NCBI GenBank assembly: GCA_951406725.2
Contig: OX597816.1
Span: 3,844,001-3,908,000, forward strand
Direction: 5' to 3'
DNA from: Octopus vulgaris
Taxonomy: Eukaryota
DNA length: 64,000 nt
The notes beneath the pieces were generated by a model that was not told the DNA's origin, did not search any database, and worked only from the letters and a program-made list of their open reading frames with translations. Positions within the stretch are counted from its first letter, which is position 1. The number at the start of each line of letters is the position of its first letter. This document shows, one piece after another, positions 25,388-40,076 of this stretch. Made by a program: the position numbers and the translations under genes.

Positions 25388-25784
25388 TCTTTATATATAA
25401 AGTGAAATTGTGTGTCTGTCTCCTATGATTTAGATTCCTAACTACTCCCACATTTTGCGGTGCAATTTAACCAAAACCGGGTATCTTATAGTCGTGATTC
25501 ATATCGAGCCCTTCTGGGTATTAGCGTGCGTCTACGATGAGTCTACGATTTAAAAAATAATTTACCATAATTTTTTTCCCATTTTAATGCATTTTTTCGC
25601 TATTATATAAGGGAAGTAACTCTCTAAAAATGTCTACGATGAGTCAACGATTTAAAAAAAATTTACCATCATTTTTTTCCTATTTTTAATGCATTTTTTT
25701 GCTATTTTTTGGCTATAACTCTCTAATAATGCTTATATAGTTATTTCCCTTACAAACCCGAGCAACGCCGGGCGATACTGCTAG
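25388..25784 (+). mobile_element. Non-autonomous Helitron with internal tandem duplication of about 100 bp
   Basis: 5' TC, 3' hairpin CCCGAGCAACGCCGGG plus CTAG followed by T; homologous to 4217-4613. Confidence 0.85.
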
Positions 25785-26794
25785 TTTAACATAAAACAGG
25801 ACACACTACTATCAACGAGATTATTTCCATTCACTCAATTTAAATGAAATAAAATAATATTTTCCCAGGCTCAACACCGCAGTTAATATTTTGAATCTAC
25901 TGTTCTCAGCTGTTAATGCTCATTCGTATTACCAATGCTGTAGTTTTTGCAACTGGACAGCATTGATCTTTCTGGGAAAATCTCCTGGTTACGGGCGCAA
26001 TATTAAGCACTCATCCTAAAAAAAAACAACATCTTTTCTACGACTCTGAAAACATTTTTCTAACTCTTTAAACCGCAGGAAGAAAGACCGAAACGAAACG
26101 GAACAAACAAATGAAGATAAATGCAAGGACGACGCTGTCTGAGATTGAATTGAAATGAAATAATTAGTTCAAATGCATGGAATTGTGTGTACGGAGGGGA
26201 GGTGGGTTGATACTAGGCGATCGATACCATGCTGTTGACAGGTTCGTTCAATCAAATCTAATTTCACACGAGTGGACTGAGGGGGAAACGCCTGAGTGTC
26301 AAGAATGTTAAAGAAATCTGTCACCTTTTGACCGAGGAATTGGACAACTTTCCCACTCGGTCATTAAGTCAAGACGCATTAACGACAGACAGGATCAATA
26401 AAATAATGAGTAAAATGTAATAAAATAAAAAGCAAAATGGTGACGAACATATTGGAAAAAATATTGATTTCGTTTAGAAAGAATGAGAACAGAATCGAGA
26501 TTACCATATAAAGAGGAGTATAAAACCGTGGGTTTGTAAAGAGTTCGCTTCTGTCTCTGTGGTAGATTCTTAACTCTGGCTGACAAAACAGTTTATGTAG
26601 ACAAAAGAGAGATAATTAACTTTATCGACAAATAAATAAATTGGCAAATTATGCATGAATGGCATATATTTTAATATTTCAAGAGAAAACAAGATAACTT
26701 CCATGCCTCGATACTATGAAATGATCTACGCTAATGAATGTCTAACGAACTTAGGAGGTCGGAGAGTATAATCGTAGTTCTAAGAATTAAATTG

Positions 26795-27120
26795 ATCCTC
26801 CGTCAGTTACGACGACGAGTGTTCAAGTTGATACAATCAAGTTGATTCAATCAACGGAACAGTCTGCAAGTGATATTAACGTGCATGTGGCTGAGAGCTC
26901 CACAGATACGCGTAGTTCTCAAAGAGATTCAGCGTGACACACAGTGTGACATGACTGGTCCTTTGTAATACAGATATTACTTATTTTTTGCCATTTGAAA
27001 GAAAAGGAGCAACGTGAAATAAAGTGTCTTGTTCAAGGGTACAACACATCACGAGAAATCGAACTCCTGAGCTTACGATCATGAGCCGAATACCCTAACC
27101 ACTAAGTCACGTGCTTTCAG
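26795..27120 (-). mobile_element. SINE family D
   Basis: Same tail as 2965-3160; tRNA-like head (reverse complement of ...TACCCTAACCACTAAGTCACGTGC). Confidence 0.75.
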
Positions 27121-27574
27121 TTTTAAGAATTGGGAACCAGCTGGAGCATTTCAAAATTAGACACGCATACACAAGTAATGATTCATAAAAATCTACTCAG
27201 GCAGTCTTGTAGAATAAATATATGGAATAAGAAGACGTGTTGCAAAAAAGAAAAAAAAAAAACGACGCCTATCCATTGAATTCGTTATGGTATGCCATGA
27301 AAGGAAGGCGAATTATGATGTTTATAGATCTTTTCTTCAAAGAGAAGCGAGTTATGTCTCGGAAATGTAATTACTTCATCCACAGTCATTTAACAAAGTC
27401 CTCATTACATTAAAGAAAGCCCCTTTACTTAAGGGGTCAGCACTCAGCTAAATTCAGGGACACACGAAAATATTCTATGACATCTAAACTTTATCAAATG
27501 TTTTATTTCTACCGATACGAACAATTATTATTCTTATCAATTGTTTAAATCTTAAAAAAAAACATTTTGAATAT

Positions 27575-27825
27575 TTCGTCTTTGGATTTGGTTTGCAAGA
27601 TTCTTTATATGAGTTCGTGTGTTGAAGCATATTCCGTTATGCCTGGGGAGAGTCATTTTCTTTTTGTACCTTATTATTTAACACACTCACCGGTAAAATT
27701 TCCGCTTATTTTTTATTTCTATTTTCCTAAAATTTTCGTTGCTTCTTGCAACCTTTTCAATAGTCTTTTACCGGTGAGTGTGTTAAATTATAAGACACAA
27801 AAAGAAAATGACTCTCCCCAGACAC
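27575..27825 (-). mobile_element. Non-autonomous PLE-like element with inverted repeat and TSD
   Basis: Inverted repeat at 27643-27698 and 27766-27821; perfect 14-bp TSD AACATTTTGAATAT at 27561-27574 and 27826-27839; hammerhead-like motif on the minus strand at 27729-27760. Confidence 0.7.
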
Positions 27826-27892
27826 AACATTTTGAATATATTTTTGTAGAAAGTATAGTAGCAACACACCAAACTAATCTGTTTATGTTGTT

Positions 27893-28274
27893 TGTTTGTT
27901 TGTTTGTTTGTTGAGCGAAGCGGTCTTCGTCCCATCTTTGTGGGAGAAGTCCGAAACGTGGTCCTTTGCTATTCGTAAGACCCGCAGAAGAGAAAGCAGG
28001 TCAACCCCCGACACCGAGATCATCGACGGATGGATGAATGCGCATCCAGGCTCAGCGGCTGCGAAGGAAGTCGGGGACAAGAAACAGGAAGAAAGAGTGA
28101 GAGAAAGTTGGGGCGAAAGAGTACAACAAGGGTCGCCACCACCCCCTGCCGGAGCCTCGTGGAGCTTTAGGTGTTTCCGCTCAATAAACACACACAACGC
28201 CCTGTCTGGGAATCGAAACCACGATCCTACGACCGCGAGTTCGCTGCCCTAACCACTGGGCCATTGCGCCTCCA
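27893..28274 (-). mobile_element. SINE family C with unique tail ending in (CAAA)n
   Basis: Head on the minus strand GGAGGCGCAATGGCCCAGTGGTTAGGGCAGCG. Confidence 0.85.
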
Positions 28275-28293
28275 CTGTTTATGCTGTTCAGTA

Positions 28294-28583
28294 GGTAGGA
28301 GCACTCCGTCGGTTACGACGACGAGGGTTCCGGTTGATCCGATCAACGGAACAGCCTGCTCGTGAAATTAACGTGTAAGTGGCTGAGCACTCCACAGACA
28401 CGTGTACCCTTAACGTAATTCTCGGATATATTCAGCGTGACACAGAGAGTGACAAGGCCGGCCCTTTGAAATACAGGGACGACAGAAACAGGAAGTAAGC
28501 GTGAGAGAAAGTTGTGGTGAATCGAAACCGCGATCCTACGACCGCGAGTCCGCTGCCCTAACCACTGGGCCATTGCGCATCCA
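28294..28583 (-). mobile_element. SINE with C head and D tail, internally deleted
   Basis: TSD CTGTTTATGCTGTTCAGTA at 28275-28293 and 28584-28602. Confidence 0.85.
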
Positions 28584-29049
28584 CTGTTTATGCTGTTCAG
28601 TACTGAACGAAGGAACGGTAAATCTTGTAAATAGTTGTCAGTAGAATGATTCCTGACAATGATTAAACAGAAGTGTTATCGATGATTTCAGTGCTGTATG
28701 TCATTGTTAATTTCGTTTCGAACATGAAAGACTGAAAGTCAAGTTCAATGTAAATAAGTAAAATATATATCAAAGTGATTAACTGCTGGTTCGGACACCG
28801 TATTTCGTTTTGTAGCCATAAAATATTATTAAGTATATTAAAGGTTTTCCACTCAATACTGTAACCTACTTTGTGTTAGTAACGGGCTATTTTCATTTTT
28901 TAAACATTATGTCTATTTCTACACATTTTCTGTGGTGGATATTTAAGCAACGTATACGTGGATAGTTAATGGGTTGGATGTGGCGCTGAGGGAGGAGCAA
29001 TGACTTCTGAAATATGTATATACACTCAACCTACGTTTCTATCGTCAAT

Positions 29050-29440
29050 AGGCGCAGGAGTGGGTGTATGGTAAAATGTTTGCTTCCCAACCACATAGTT
29101 CCGGGTTCAGTCTCAAGTGTCTTCTACTATAGCCTCGGGCCGACCAAATCCTTGTGAGTGAATTTAGTAGACGGAAACTGAAAGAAGCCCGTCGTATATA
29201 CGTGTATATATATGAGTGAGTGTGTATGTGTGTGTGTGTGTGTGTGTGTGTTTGTCCACCCACCATCGCTTCACAACCGATGTTGGTGTGTTTACGTCCC
29301 CGTGAACTTAGCGGTCCAGCAAAAGAGACCGATAGAATAAGTACTGGGCTTACAAAGAATAAGCTCTGGGGTCAATTTTTCGACTAAAGACGGTGCTCCA
29401 GCATGGCCGCAGTCAAAATAACTGAGACAAGTAAAACAAT
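29050..29440 (+). mobile_element. SINE family B
   Basis: Matches the family B consensus. Confidence 0.9.
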
Positions 29441-30440
29441 AAACAATGTTTACATAGACGTATTCGTAACCTTCAGTGCTGGCTCTAAATTTCATAGAAA
29501 ATCTGTGGAGATAAAGTTTAAACAACAAAAATGAAGGACGAAGTGAATGTAATATTCTGGTCCTTTATTGATGTTGCTCTCTGCTTCTTTCTACTAAACA
29601 CTATTTTATTCCCAGTCTGCCCATCGTTATAGCAACATCATAATTAAGTAAATTAGGCTGGTTTTATGCATTAAATGCTTTGTTGTCCTATTTGATATTT
29701 ATAAATAATTAACCTATATGCTGTTAAGCGAACAAGTTTCAATTTTGTAACAGTAGAATTTTACTTAATTTATCTGTTTATTTAATTAAGTGAAGGATGG
29801 AGGCTGTACAACAACATTTTATTATTCAGAAGCTTTGTGCCAATCTAAAATGTCGGATATATGTTTGAAAAATGTTAACAGATGAGACGTAATTAAAGAT
29901 TTACCAGTTACATATCTCTGTGTTGCAGCTGTCCTTCCTGTCTGATGTTGTTGGGTTGAGAACATGTGGTGACGTCATAGAGAGGTGACGCTCTCCCATA
30001 TTTATCCATATGTCACAGATTGGTGAAATTCGATATTTGAGACTGTGTCTCAGTTATATCATCATGTCTCGGATATACAATCATGTCTCAGTTATATAAT
30101 CGTGTCAAGTATAGGTGACACTCTCCAACGAATATGTCATGAATTTATGACGATATCTCGGCTGTATTACCATATCATAGACTTGATTCTTCCACGAATA
30201 GTTGATCACCGATATGTGACATTCATCGATGTGTGACGATGAAGACCGAAACGTTAAGCCACGTCATAGGTATGTGACCAAATGAAATTAGGAAATTAGT
30301 TTCCGTAATTTTGGATTTTGTTTATTGTGAAACCCGTGGAAAATGAGAAAGAACAAAATGGAATCAGATAACAAGGAACTATAAGTATTTATACCAATAT
30401 TCCAGTGAGTAGAGTTTATTTGAAGGAAACTGACTGAAAG

Positions 30441-30656
30441 CAATGGCGAGCTGGCAGAAACGTTAGCACGCCGGGCGAAATGCTTAGCAGTATTTCGTCT
30501 GCCGCTATGTTCTGAGTTCAAATTCCGTCGAGGTCGACTTTGCCTTTCATCCTTTCGGGGTCGATAAATTAAGTACCAGTTGTGTATTGGGGTCGGTCTA
30601 ATCGACTGCTCCCCCCCCCAATATTTCTGGTCTTGTGCCTAGAGTAGAAAAGAATA
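30441..30656 (+). mobile_element. SINE family A with alternative tail only (no internal repeat unit)
   Basis: Head and core followed by GGTCGGTCTAATCGACTG..CTTGTGCCTAGAGTAGAAAAG. Confidence 0.9.
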
Positions 30657-31038
30657 AATATAATATATAATTCCCCGGAAGATAAGATTTCCATATTCTA
30701 TCCAAAACAGTTTAGGGTTTCCTTGCCTTCCATATTGTTCTTGAATTGGAGATATGACGTTTTTGTAGTGCTCTGCTGTTTTGATTTTCTCTTCAAACAG
30801 AGGATGCAAGTTTTCCGTTTCATCTTGGTTGTAAGAGAGATACTCGGTTGATACATCGTTCGATTTCATTGATGTTTTTATGAAGAATCTGTTGGAGGAT
30901 ATTTGCATCTTTAATATGATCACTGATAATGCATTTTGCATTTTCTCGGTGAGATATCTGTTTCTGATTTTATGTGAAAGAATCGAACCGAGGTGGCTTG
31001 TTTTAAGTGCGAAAAGACAAAAAGGAAAGACAAATTAT

Positions 31039-31452
31039 AGGCGCAGGAGTGGCTGTATGGTAAGTATCTTGCTAACCAACCACATAGTTCCGGGTTCAGT
31101 CCCACTGCGTGGCATCTTGGGCAAGTGTCTTCTGCTATAGCCCCGGGCCGACCAATGCCTTGTGAGTGGATTTGGTAGACGGAAACTGAAAGAAGCCTGT
31201 CATATATATGTATATGTATGTGTGTGTATGTGTGTGTATGTGTTTGTGTGTTTGTGTTTGTCTCCCTAGCATTGCTTGACAACCGATGCTGGTGTGTTTA
31301 CGTCCCCGTCACTTAGCGGTTCGGCAAAAGAGACCGATAGAATAAGTACTGGGCTTACAAAGAATAAATCCCGGGGTCAATTTGCTCGACTAAAGGTGGT
31401 GCTCCAGCATGGCCGCAGTCAAATGACTGAAACAAGTAAGAGAGAGAGAGTA
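31039..31452 (+). mobile_element. SINE family B
   Basis: Full-length copy close to the consensus. Confidence 0.92.
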
Positions 31453-32029
31453 AATTGATTCATTTAGAGTTGCAATTTACGGTTCGATAACATGGAAGCT
31501 TACAACTCTCATGAAGAAAATTCTTAGTGGAACGTACACCAGAGTGATCGGTGCTGTTCTAAATATGCCATAGCATCAACACAGGACTATCAAAGACCTC
31601 TTCCAAGAAAAGGAGGAACTAGAGTTCTTCGGTGGCAATCTTGTCATGGTAAACAGAAAAGAGGTAAATCAGGAAAAAGAACCTCCATCAACCAATGGCC
31701 GGAAGAGAGGATGCTCGAGTCTAGTGGTATAAAACTGCCATGGAGGACGTGTGTTGCGAATGCCGAGAGACTCTTGATGCACGAACTATCTCTCTCTTTT
31801 ACTCTTGATTATTTCAGCTTTAGTCTGAGGCCATGCAGAGGCAGCACTTTGAAAGGTTTTAGTCGATTAAAATGTGTCATTGTAAAGATAAACAAAAGAC
31901 ATACACACACACACGTCCCCACACACAAAACTCTTGCGTTATCTTTCTGCCTGTATCTGGTTTACAAATGGAGAACTTGCCAACAAGGACAAAGAATATT
32001 TGTGGAAACAAAAAACATTATTTGGTTAA

Positions 32030-32265
32030 TTCGTCAGTTTGCAGCTAGTGTAAGTGCAGAGCTGAAAACGAGGCAATTTCTACTCTTCTCCTCTGGAAGC
32101 CATCTGCTCGTGATACCAGAGGGTGCACACTCTCCTACCCTGATGTAATCTCCAGGGATACAGGCATCCAGCAATAGGACCTCCGTAATGCTATTATGGA
32201 CCGTGAAGTCTGGCGTGGCATGGTAAATTCCATTGTCTCGACCACGGTCGAACAATGATGTTGAT
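32030..32265 (+). pseudogene. RTE-like LINE 3' end
   Basis: RAENEAISTLLLWKPSARDTRG.TLSYPDVISRDTG...DLRNAIMDREVWRGMV then a (TGA)n-like tail; a related, more degenerate fragment (GTYTRVIGAVLN) lies at about 31510-31760. Confidence 0.65.
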
Positions 32266-33081
32266 GAGTGTAAGTGCTGCAAGAATTAAAAATTCTAGAA
32301 TTGGTACGACTGCTTGAGTTTTCGAATCGTTCAGTCACTTTTGGCTCCTGCATGCGACTCATTTCTGGTAATGTCTTCGATATTAATTCCCTTCTAGGTT
32401 CTCTTTTGATTACAGTTAAAGAATTACTTCGAATGCTGCAATTAATTCAATTCTCTGGCAGAATCCTTCCAGCATTGGCAATTTTGTAATAGTCTTGATA
32501 GCAATTTGAATTTGGAATTAATATTCATCGGAGAAACGAAATATGAATTGCAACACTCAAGCCTTATCCAACTCGCATTAACAGCATTATTCAAATATAA
32601 GACAACCAATTTCGATTCAAAGTCAAGCAAAATCGCGGCTTTCTCTCAGCGTTTCTCAACTGTTTACATTACAGTCCTCATGGCTACCGTATTCGACAAA
32701 TTACGTTCCTAAGTTCATGTTATGATTTCACTTAGTTTTTTCTTTTTCATAGTTTTTCACTGCAGACGGGTGAATACAAGTCACTTAATGAGAGTAATAA
32801 AGCGGGTAAAACAACTTACAATGATAATAATAATAATAAAACACCAGGACTTACAAATTTATATAAACCTCAGGACATACGAATGTATATACCATACTGA
32901 AAATTGCACGACTAGGCACCGCACACATCCTACGTAAAACACTTTCAATACAGTAAAAATAAGAGTACCACAACAAACTCCAGCACATATCTAAGGCACA
33001 CAGAGCTGCGCTCGGTAGTGAAGTGAAGGCATGTGATAAAAATAAGACTACTGAATAATAATGTTAATAATAATAATAATG

Positions 33082-33112
<31 letters not shown>

Positions 33113-33134
33113 TAATAATAATAATAGTAATAAT

Positions 33135-34350
33135 AATGCCAAAAATTTGATTACCGCAATGAATATCTGAGCAGTTGTGGTGGTCAGATATAGTGCGTCC
33201 ATCCTCAAATGGACTAAGGAGGAAATATCAACACTGGATAGAAGGACGAGAAAATTGATGACGCAGCATGGGGCGCTACACCCTAAAGCAAATGTAAACA
33301 GACTGTATATGAAAAGGAAGAATGGTGGCAGAGGAATAATTAGTATAGACCATTGTATAAAGAGTGAAGGGGGAACGCTTGCCGAGTATTTGATAAATAG
33401 TGATGAAGACTTGTTGCAATATGCTGCGAAAGATAAGGGTGGATATGCAGATGAAATGATGGACAAGGAAGAGTCTAACCAAAGAGCTGAGGAGAAGAGA
33501 AAAGAAGACCTTCTTGAAATGAGAATGCATGGAGAGCGTGAAAGGAATACACAGGACGTTAAGGATAATACAGTATCGTGGGCATGGCTTGAGCGAGGTG
33601 ATTTGAAGCGTACCACCGAAAACCTGATCATTGCTGCACAAGACCAGGTTCTCGCTACCAAATCAGTGAAGTATAGCATCTACAAAACTTTTGACACTCA
33701 GAAATGCAGACTCTGTGGAAAGAGTGTGGAAAATGTGACCCACTTGGTAAGTGGATGTGAGAGCCTTGCACAAAAAGAATACAAGCGCCGCCACGATAAA
33801 ATGTGTGTGTATTTTTATTGGCTCTTATGTTGTAAATACCAATATAAAGTAAAAGAGAACTGGTATGAGCATGTACCAAGTAAAGTTATGCTGGAGGATG
33901 GAAAAGTAACGATACTCTGGGACTATTTTCAGGCGGACCGTGTGATCGAAAACTGTCGGCCGGATATTGTCATATTGAATAAGAGGGACGAATACTGTCA
34001 AATCATTGATGTAGCCATACCAAATGACATGAATGTTGTGAGTAAAGAGGTTGAAAAAATCCCCAAGTGCTCCGGATTGAAAGTGGAAATGGCAACACTG
34101 TATGGAATGCGAGAGGATAATGTAAAAGTGATACCAGTGGTGATCGGAGCGTTGGGCTCAATTCCAAGGAAACTTCAAGACTTCTTAAGGCAACTGGAAA
34201 TCCCATGCAAGATTGATGTCTTGAAAAAAGCAGCCTTATTGGGGACAGCGTACATCTTAAGGAAAGTATTATCTGTCTGAGGTCCTTCTTGTGACTTGAC
34301 AGATGACTAAAGACTCCGGTGCATTTTTACCTTCACTGTGTTACGAAGGA
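33135..34350 (+). mobile_element. R4/Dong-like RLE non-LTR retrotransposon, 5'-truncated, in (TAA)n
   Basis: Flanked by TAA repeats on both sides; encodes RT thumb, CCHC finger and RLE; short 3' UTR. Dong elements are known to target TAA repeats. Confidence 0.9.
33177..34280 (+). pseudogene. C-terminal 367 aa of an R4/Dong-like ORF (RT thumb, zinc knuckle, restriction-like endonuclease)
   Basis: RLYMKRKNGGRG, AAQDQVLAT, CRLCGKSVENVTHLVSGC, YKRRHD, RPDIVI..IIDVAIP, VIPVVIGALG; in-frame TGA just upstream and 5' truncation. Confidence 0.9.
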
Positions 34351-34361
34351 ATAATAATGAT

Positions 34362-34735
34362 AAGGAGGGACAAACAAAAGTAGCCAATATTCGACGTAGC
34401 AGTACCAGGAGATCAATATATCATCATGAAAGAGAAAAAAGTCGATAAATATGGAGACCTGAGAATTGAGATCGCTAAAATGTGGTAGCTACGAGAGTCA
34501 AACATGAAGGCTGTTCCTATTGTCATCGGAACATTGGGTTCAATACCAACCAACCTGAAGAAACATCTGGAAACTTTAGAAATACCCTACAATCTAGGTG
34601 TATTGCAAAAGTCGGCATTACTTGGAACTGCACACATATTGTGTAAGGTACTGTCTGTCTGAGGTCCTTGTTGTGACTTGACAAATAGTACAAATGCCTG
34701 GTAGAGTCAATATCTTCAATCAATAATCTCACGAT
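34362..34735 (+). pseudogene. Second R4/Dong-like 3' fragment (related subfamily)
   Basis: DVAVPGD..KYGDLRIEIAKMW*..VPIVIGTLGSIP..LQKSALLGTAHILCKVLSV*; 3' UTR starts TGAGGTCCTTGTTGTGACTTGACA like the first copy. Confidence 0.85.
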
Positions 34736-34789
34736 ATTGTATGCTGTGCGACATCTATAATAATAATAATAACAACAACAACAATAATA

Positions 34790-34948
34790 AACAAATAGGG
34801 GCTGCAATAAGGGAGCAGCACTTGCAGAAAGCAGCACTGCTTGGAACCGCTCGAATACTCCTAAAAATAAGGGGCGTTTTCTTAGTTCACTGGTAGTGAA
34901 CAGCTGGCACCGCAGTACATTTCCAGCATTAGGAGCTGTGCAAAGACA
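34790..34948 (+). mobile_element. Third short R4/Dong-like 3' fragment
   Basis: EQHLQKAALLGTARIL plus a distinct 3' UTR, between AAT runs. Confidence 0.7.
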
Positions 34949-34951
34949 ATA

Positions 34952-34997
<46 letters not shown>

Positions 34998-35073
34998 TGA
35001 TATGATGATGATGATGATAATAGCATGATATGATATGATATGATATGATATGATGATGAATGATGATGATGAT

Positions 35074-35111
<38 letters not shown>

Positions 35112-35133
35112 AAACAACAACAACAACAACAAC

Positions 35134-37298
<2,165 letters not shown>

Positions 37299-37324
37299 AA
37301 TAATAATAATTATTATAATAATAT

Positions 37325-37505
37325 TAATCCTTTCTACTATAGGCACAAAACCTGAAATTTCAAGAGAGGGGATTAGTCGATTTTAGTCCAGTGTTTTACT
37401 GGAACTCAATTTATTGACCCTGAAAAGATGAAAGGCAAAATGGACCTTGGGCGGAATTTGAACCCAGAACGTAGCGACAGGCGAAATCCCGCGCCAGCTT
37501 GCCAT
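37325..37505 (-). mobile_element. Diverged SINE family A (alternative tail)
   Basis: GATGAAAGGCAAAATGGACCTTGGGCGGAATTTGAAC. Confidence 0.7.
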
Positions 37506-37514
37506 AATAACAAG

Positions 37515-37875
37515 AAGCAGAAGAGGGAAAAAAGGAAAGAGAGAAAGAAGGAAAGAGATGAAGAAGGAAAGGGAGAAAGGAAAGTGAGAAAGAAGGAAAG
37601 GAGAGAAAGAAGGAAAGAGAGGAAGAAGGGAAGAGAGGAAGAAGGAAAGAGAGGAAGAAGGAAAGAGAGGAAGAAGGAAAGAGAGGAAGAAGGAAAGGGA
37701 GAAAGGAAAGAGAGAAAGGAGAGAGAGAAAGAAGGAAAGAGAGGAAGAAGGGAAGAGAGAAAGAAGGAAAGAGAGTAAGAAGGAAAGAGGAAAAGGAAAG
37801 AGAGAAAGAAAAGAGAGAAAGGAAAGAGAGGAAGAAAGAAATAGAGAAAGAAGGAAAGAGAGAAAGAAAGAAAAG
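37515..37875. repeat. Polypurine (GA-rich) low-complexity tract
   Basis: GAAGAAGGAAAGAGAG-type repeats. Confidence 0.9.
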
Positions 37876-38796
37876 GCTTTCTATTGGTTGCTTTTTCAGG
37901 GCGGTTTTTGTAAACTCATAGGATGAAGCTACCGTTGCCATTCAGGGGTGGTTGCCATTTAGGGTTGGTAGTCAATGAAGGCGAGTGAATCATTGAATGC
38001 GAAATAATGTTTCATTGGAATTGGTAATAGTGAAGGCACAAATTATTCCGGGAATGTTAACAAATTGTAAGAGAAATATAATAAAAGTTGCAGAAAATAG
38101 AAAAAATATTACGATAAACCTGAGTTGATTAACCGAAGAGAAAGTTCATAGAAATGATGTAAGGTAGGTGATAGTGTATGAAATAATTCATCGGATTAGT
38201 GATTACTGAAACGAAAACAGCAGGGATTAGGGAATAATATGGCTTATCGGTGATTTTAGCTTTGCAACTATGAATGCTGATGCGAAGTAATTTGAGGTAA
38301 AGGAAAAAAAAAAAGAAACCCAAAATTATGAAAGTTTTGGATGCAATAATGCAAACAAATGCTTTGGTGGATTTGGTCCTTTCAGATAAGATCAAAGCAA
38401 TATCGCTTCGAAGGGGACAAACTACTCAGATCCCTCGAAATTTAGATATGTTCTGCACCTGTAATTTATTGATTTGTGTTCGAAGAACGGTAGAGAGATT
38501 TCAAAGCAAAACAGCGTAATTTCCAATTAGAGTTTGTTCTTTCATTTGAGAACATTTCAATTCTCTCTTCGTTAAATCGTTGAATTGTTTTAATAGTCAG
38601 TTAATATGAAGAGAACATGCTATTGGTCATTATTGTAATACACCCATAAAGATACAAGACAAGGTGGTCTTAGACATGACCTGAAGTTGTAATATAGGAA
38701 CAACACAGTCTTTCCGAGTACAGATGGTCCGGAACCTCTTATAATCTGCACTAATTTGCAAAAAGGTACAGTCACCTGTATTTAATTATTTAACTC

Positions 38797-38960
38797 AATT
38801 TCCGCCGAGGTCGACTTTGCCTTTCATCCTTTCGGGGTCGATAAATAAAGTACCGGTTTCGCACTGGGGTAGATGTAATCGACTTAATCCCTTTGTCTGT
38901 CCTTGTTTGTCCCCTCTATGTTTAGCCCCTTGCGGGCAATAAAGAAATATAAAGAAATAT
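38797..38960 (+). mobile_element. 5'-truncated SINE family A
   Basis: TSD TATTTAACTCAATTT at 38787-38801 and 38960-38974; 3' end AAAGAAATAT is repeated twice. Confidence 0.9.
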
Positions 38961-39602
38961 ATTTAACTCAATTTAACATTTGTTTAATTTAGAGGGCGCT
39001 GACTAAGGAAGCCTTAGTTCCGAAAAATCCGGAAAGGTTTCGAAATTAAAACAGTTTTGAAAATTCTGTGTTGTACCTGAATCAGCGACGTTAATTAACT
39101 CCAGTCTATAGGTATTGTGTGTGGGTGACACTACACACGGACATTCGCCGAACAAATGTTTCTTTTGATAGTAGGCGATTAAACAACAGAGAGTTTGTGG
39201 CAAGGAAACCATGTCTCTTTGTAAATGAGAAGCAGAGCATCACGTGTACACAGCCATTCCTTTTAGACATGGAATACAAGCATCCCAATACACAGGATCA
39301 ATTTTGCTATTTGAATAATGACTAAACGTGGGTTTGATTATTTGATGGCGACTGAATACAAGGGTTTTATAGAATATTCTTAGGCTGAATAAACAAGCGA
39401 GCTAACGCCAAACATTTCTGATTCCTTTTAGAATTCAACAATGGTAAAATATTCTTTGCCGTTATTGGTTGGAGCTTGTAGCAACTTTTCTACATTCAAT
39501 ATAACTGTTGTTAAACAGGATGTTTGTAAAATAAACAATCGAGTGATTGCCAGGAAAGTGAGATTAATTGTTAACGAAGTTATGAAGAGAAATGCCAAGC
39601 AT

Positions 39603-39978
39603 AGGCGCAGGCGTGGCTGTGTGGTAAAGAGCTTGCTTCCTAGCCACATGGTTCCGCGTTCAGTCCTACTGCGTAACACCTTGGGCAAGTGACTTCCACT
39701 ACAGCCTGAAGCCAACCAAAGCCTTGTGAGTGGATTTGGTAAACAGAAACTGAAAAGAACTGCGCGCGCGCGTGTGTGTGTGTCCGTACGTATTACCGCT
39801 TAATAATCGGTATTGATGTGTTTCTTCTCTTCAGAACTTAGCGGCTCGGCAAAAGAAACCGATAGAATGAGTACAGGCTTAAAAAAAAAATAGATACTGG
39901 AGTCGATGCGTTCAACTAACATTCGCCAAGTCGATGCTCCAGCATGGTCGCAGTCTAATGACTGAAACAAATAAAGGA
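39603..39978 (+). mobile_element. SINE family B (diverged)
   Basis: Matches family B head and tail. Confidence 0.85.
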
Positions 39979-40076
39979 TATATTTCCTTGTTTTTTTAGA
40001 TAAACGCTTGCATTTGTTTCTTATCAGAGAATCGATCTCTGATGCGTTTTGCTTTGATGATGAAAACATTAGAAAT

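Noticed and set aside
26329-26363. Hairpin TGACCGAG...CTCGGTCA as a miRNA precursor
   Set aside because: Only about 35 nt with an 8-bp outer stem, which is too short, and no known mature miRNA was recognised.
30225-30265. GATGAAGACCGAAACG hammerhead-like fragment
   Set aside because: It lacks the CUG core and a stem II.
37428-37778. Lys/Glu/Arg-rich ORF
   Set aside because: Translation of a polypurine low-complexity tract.
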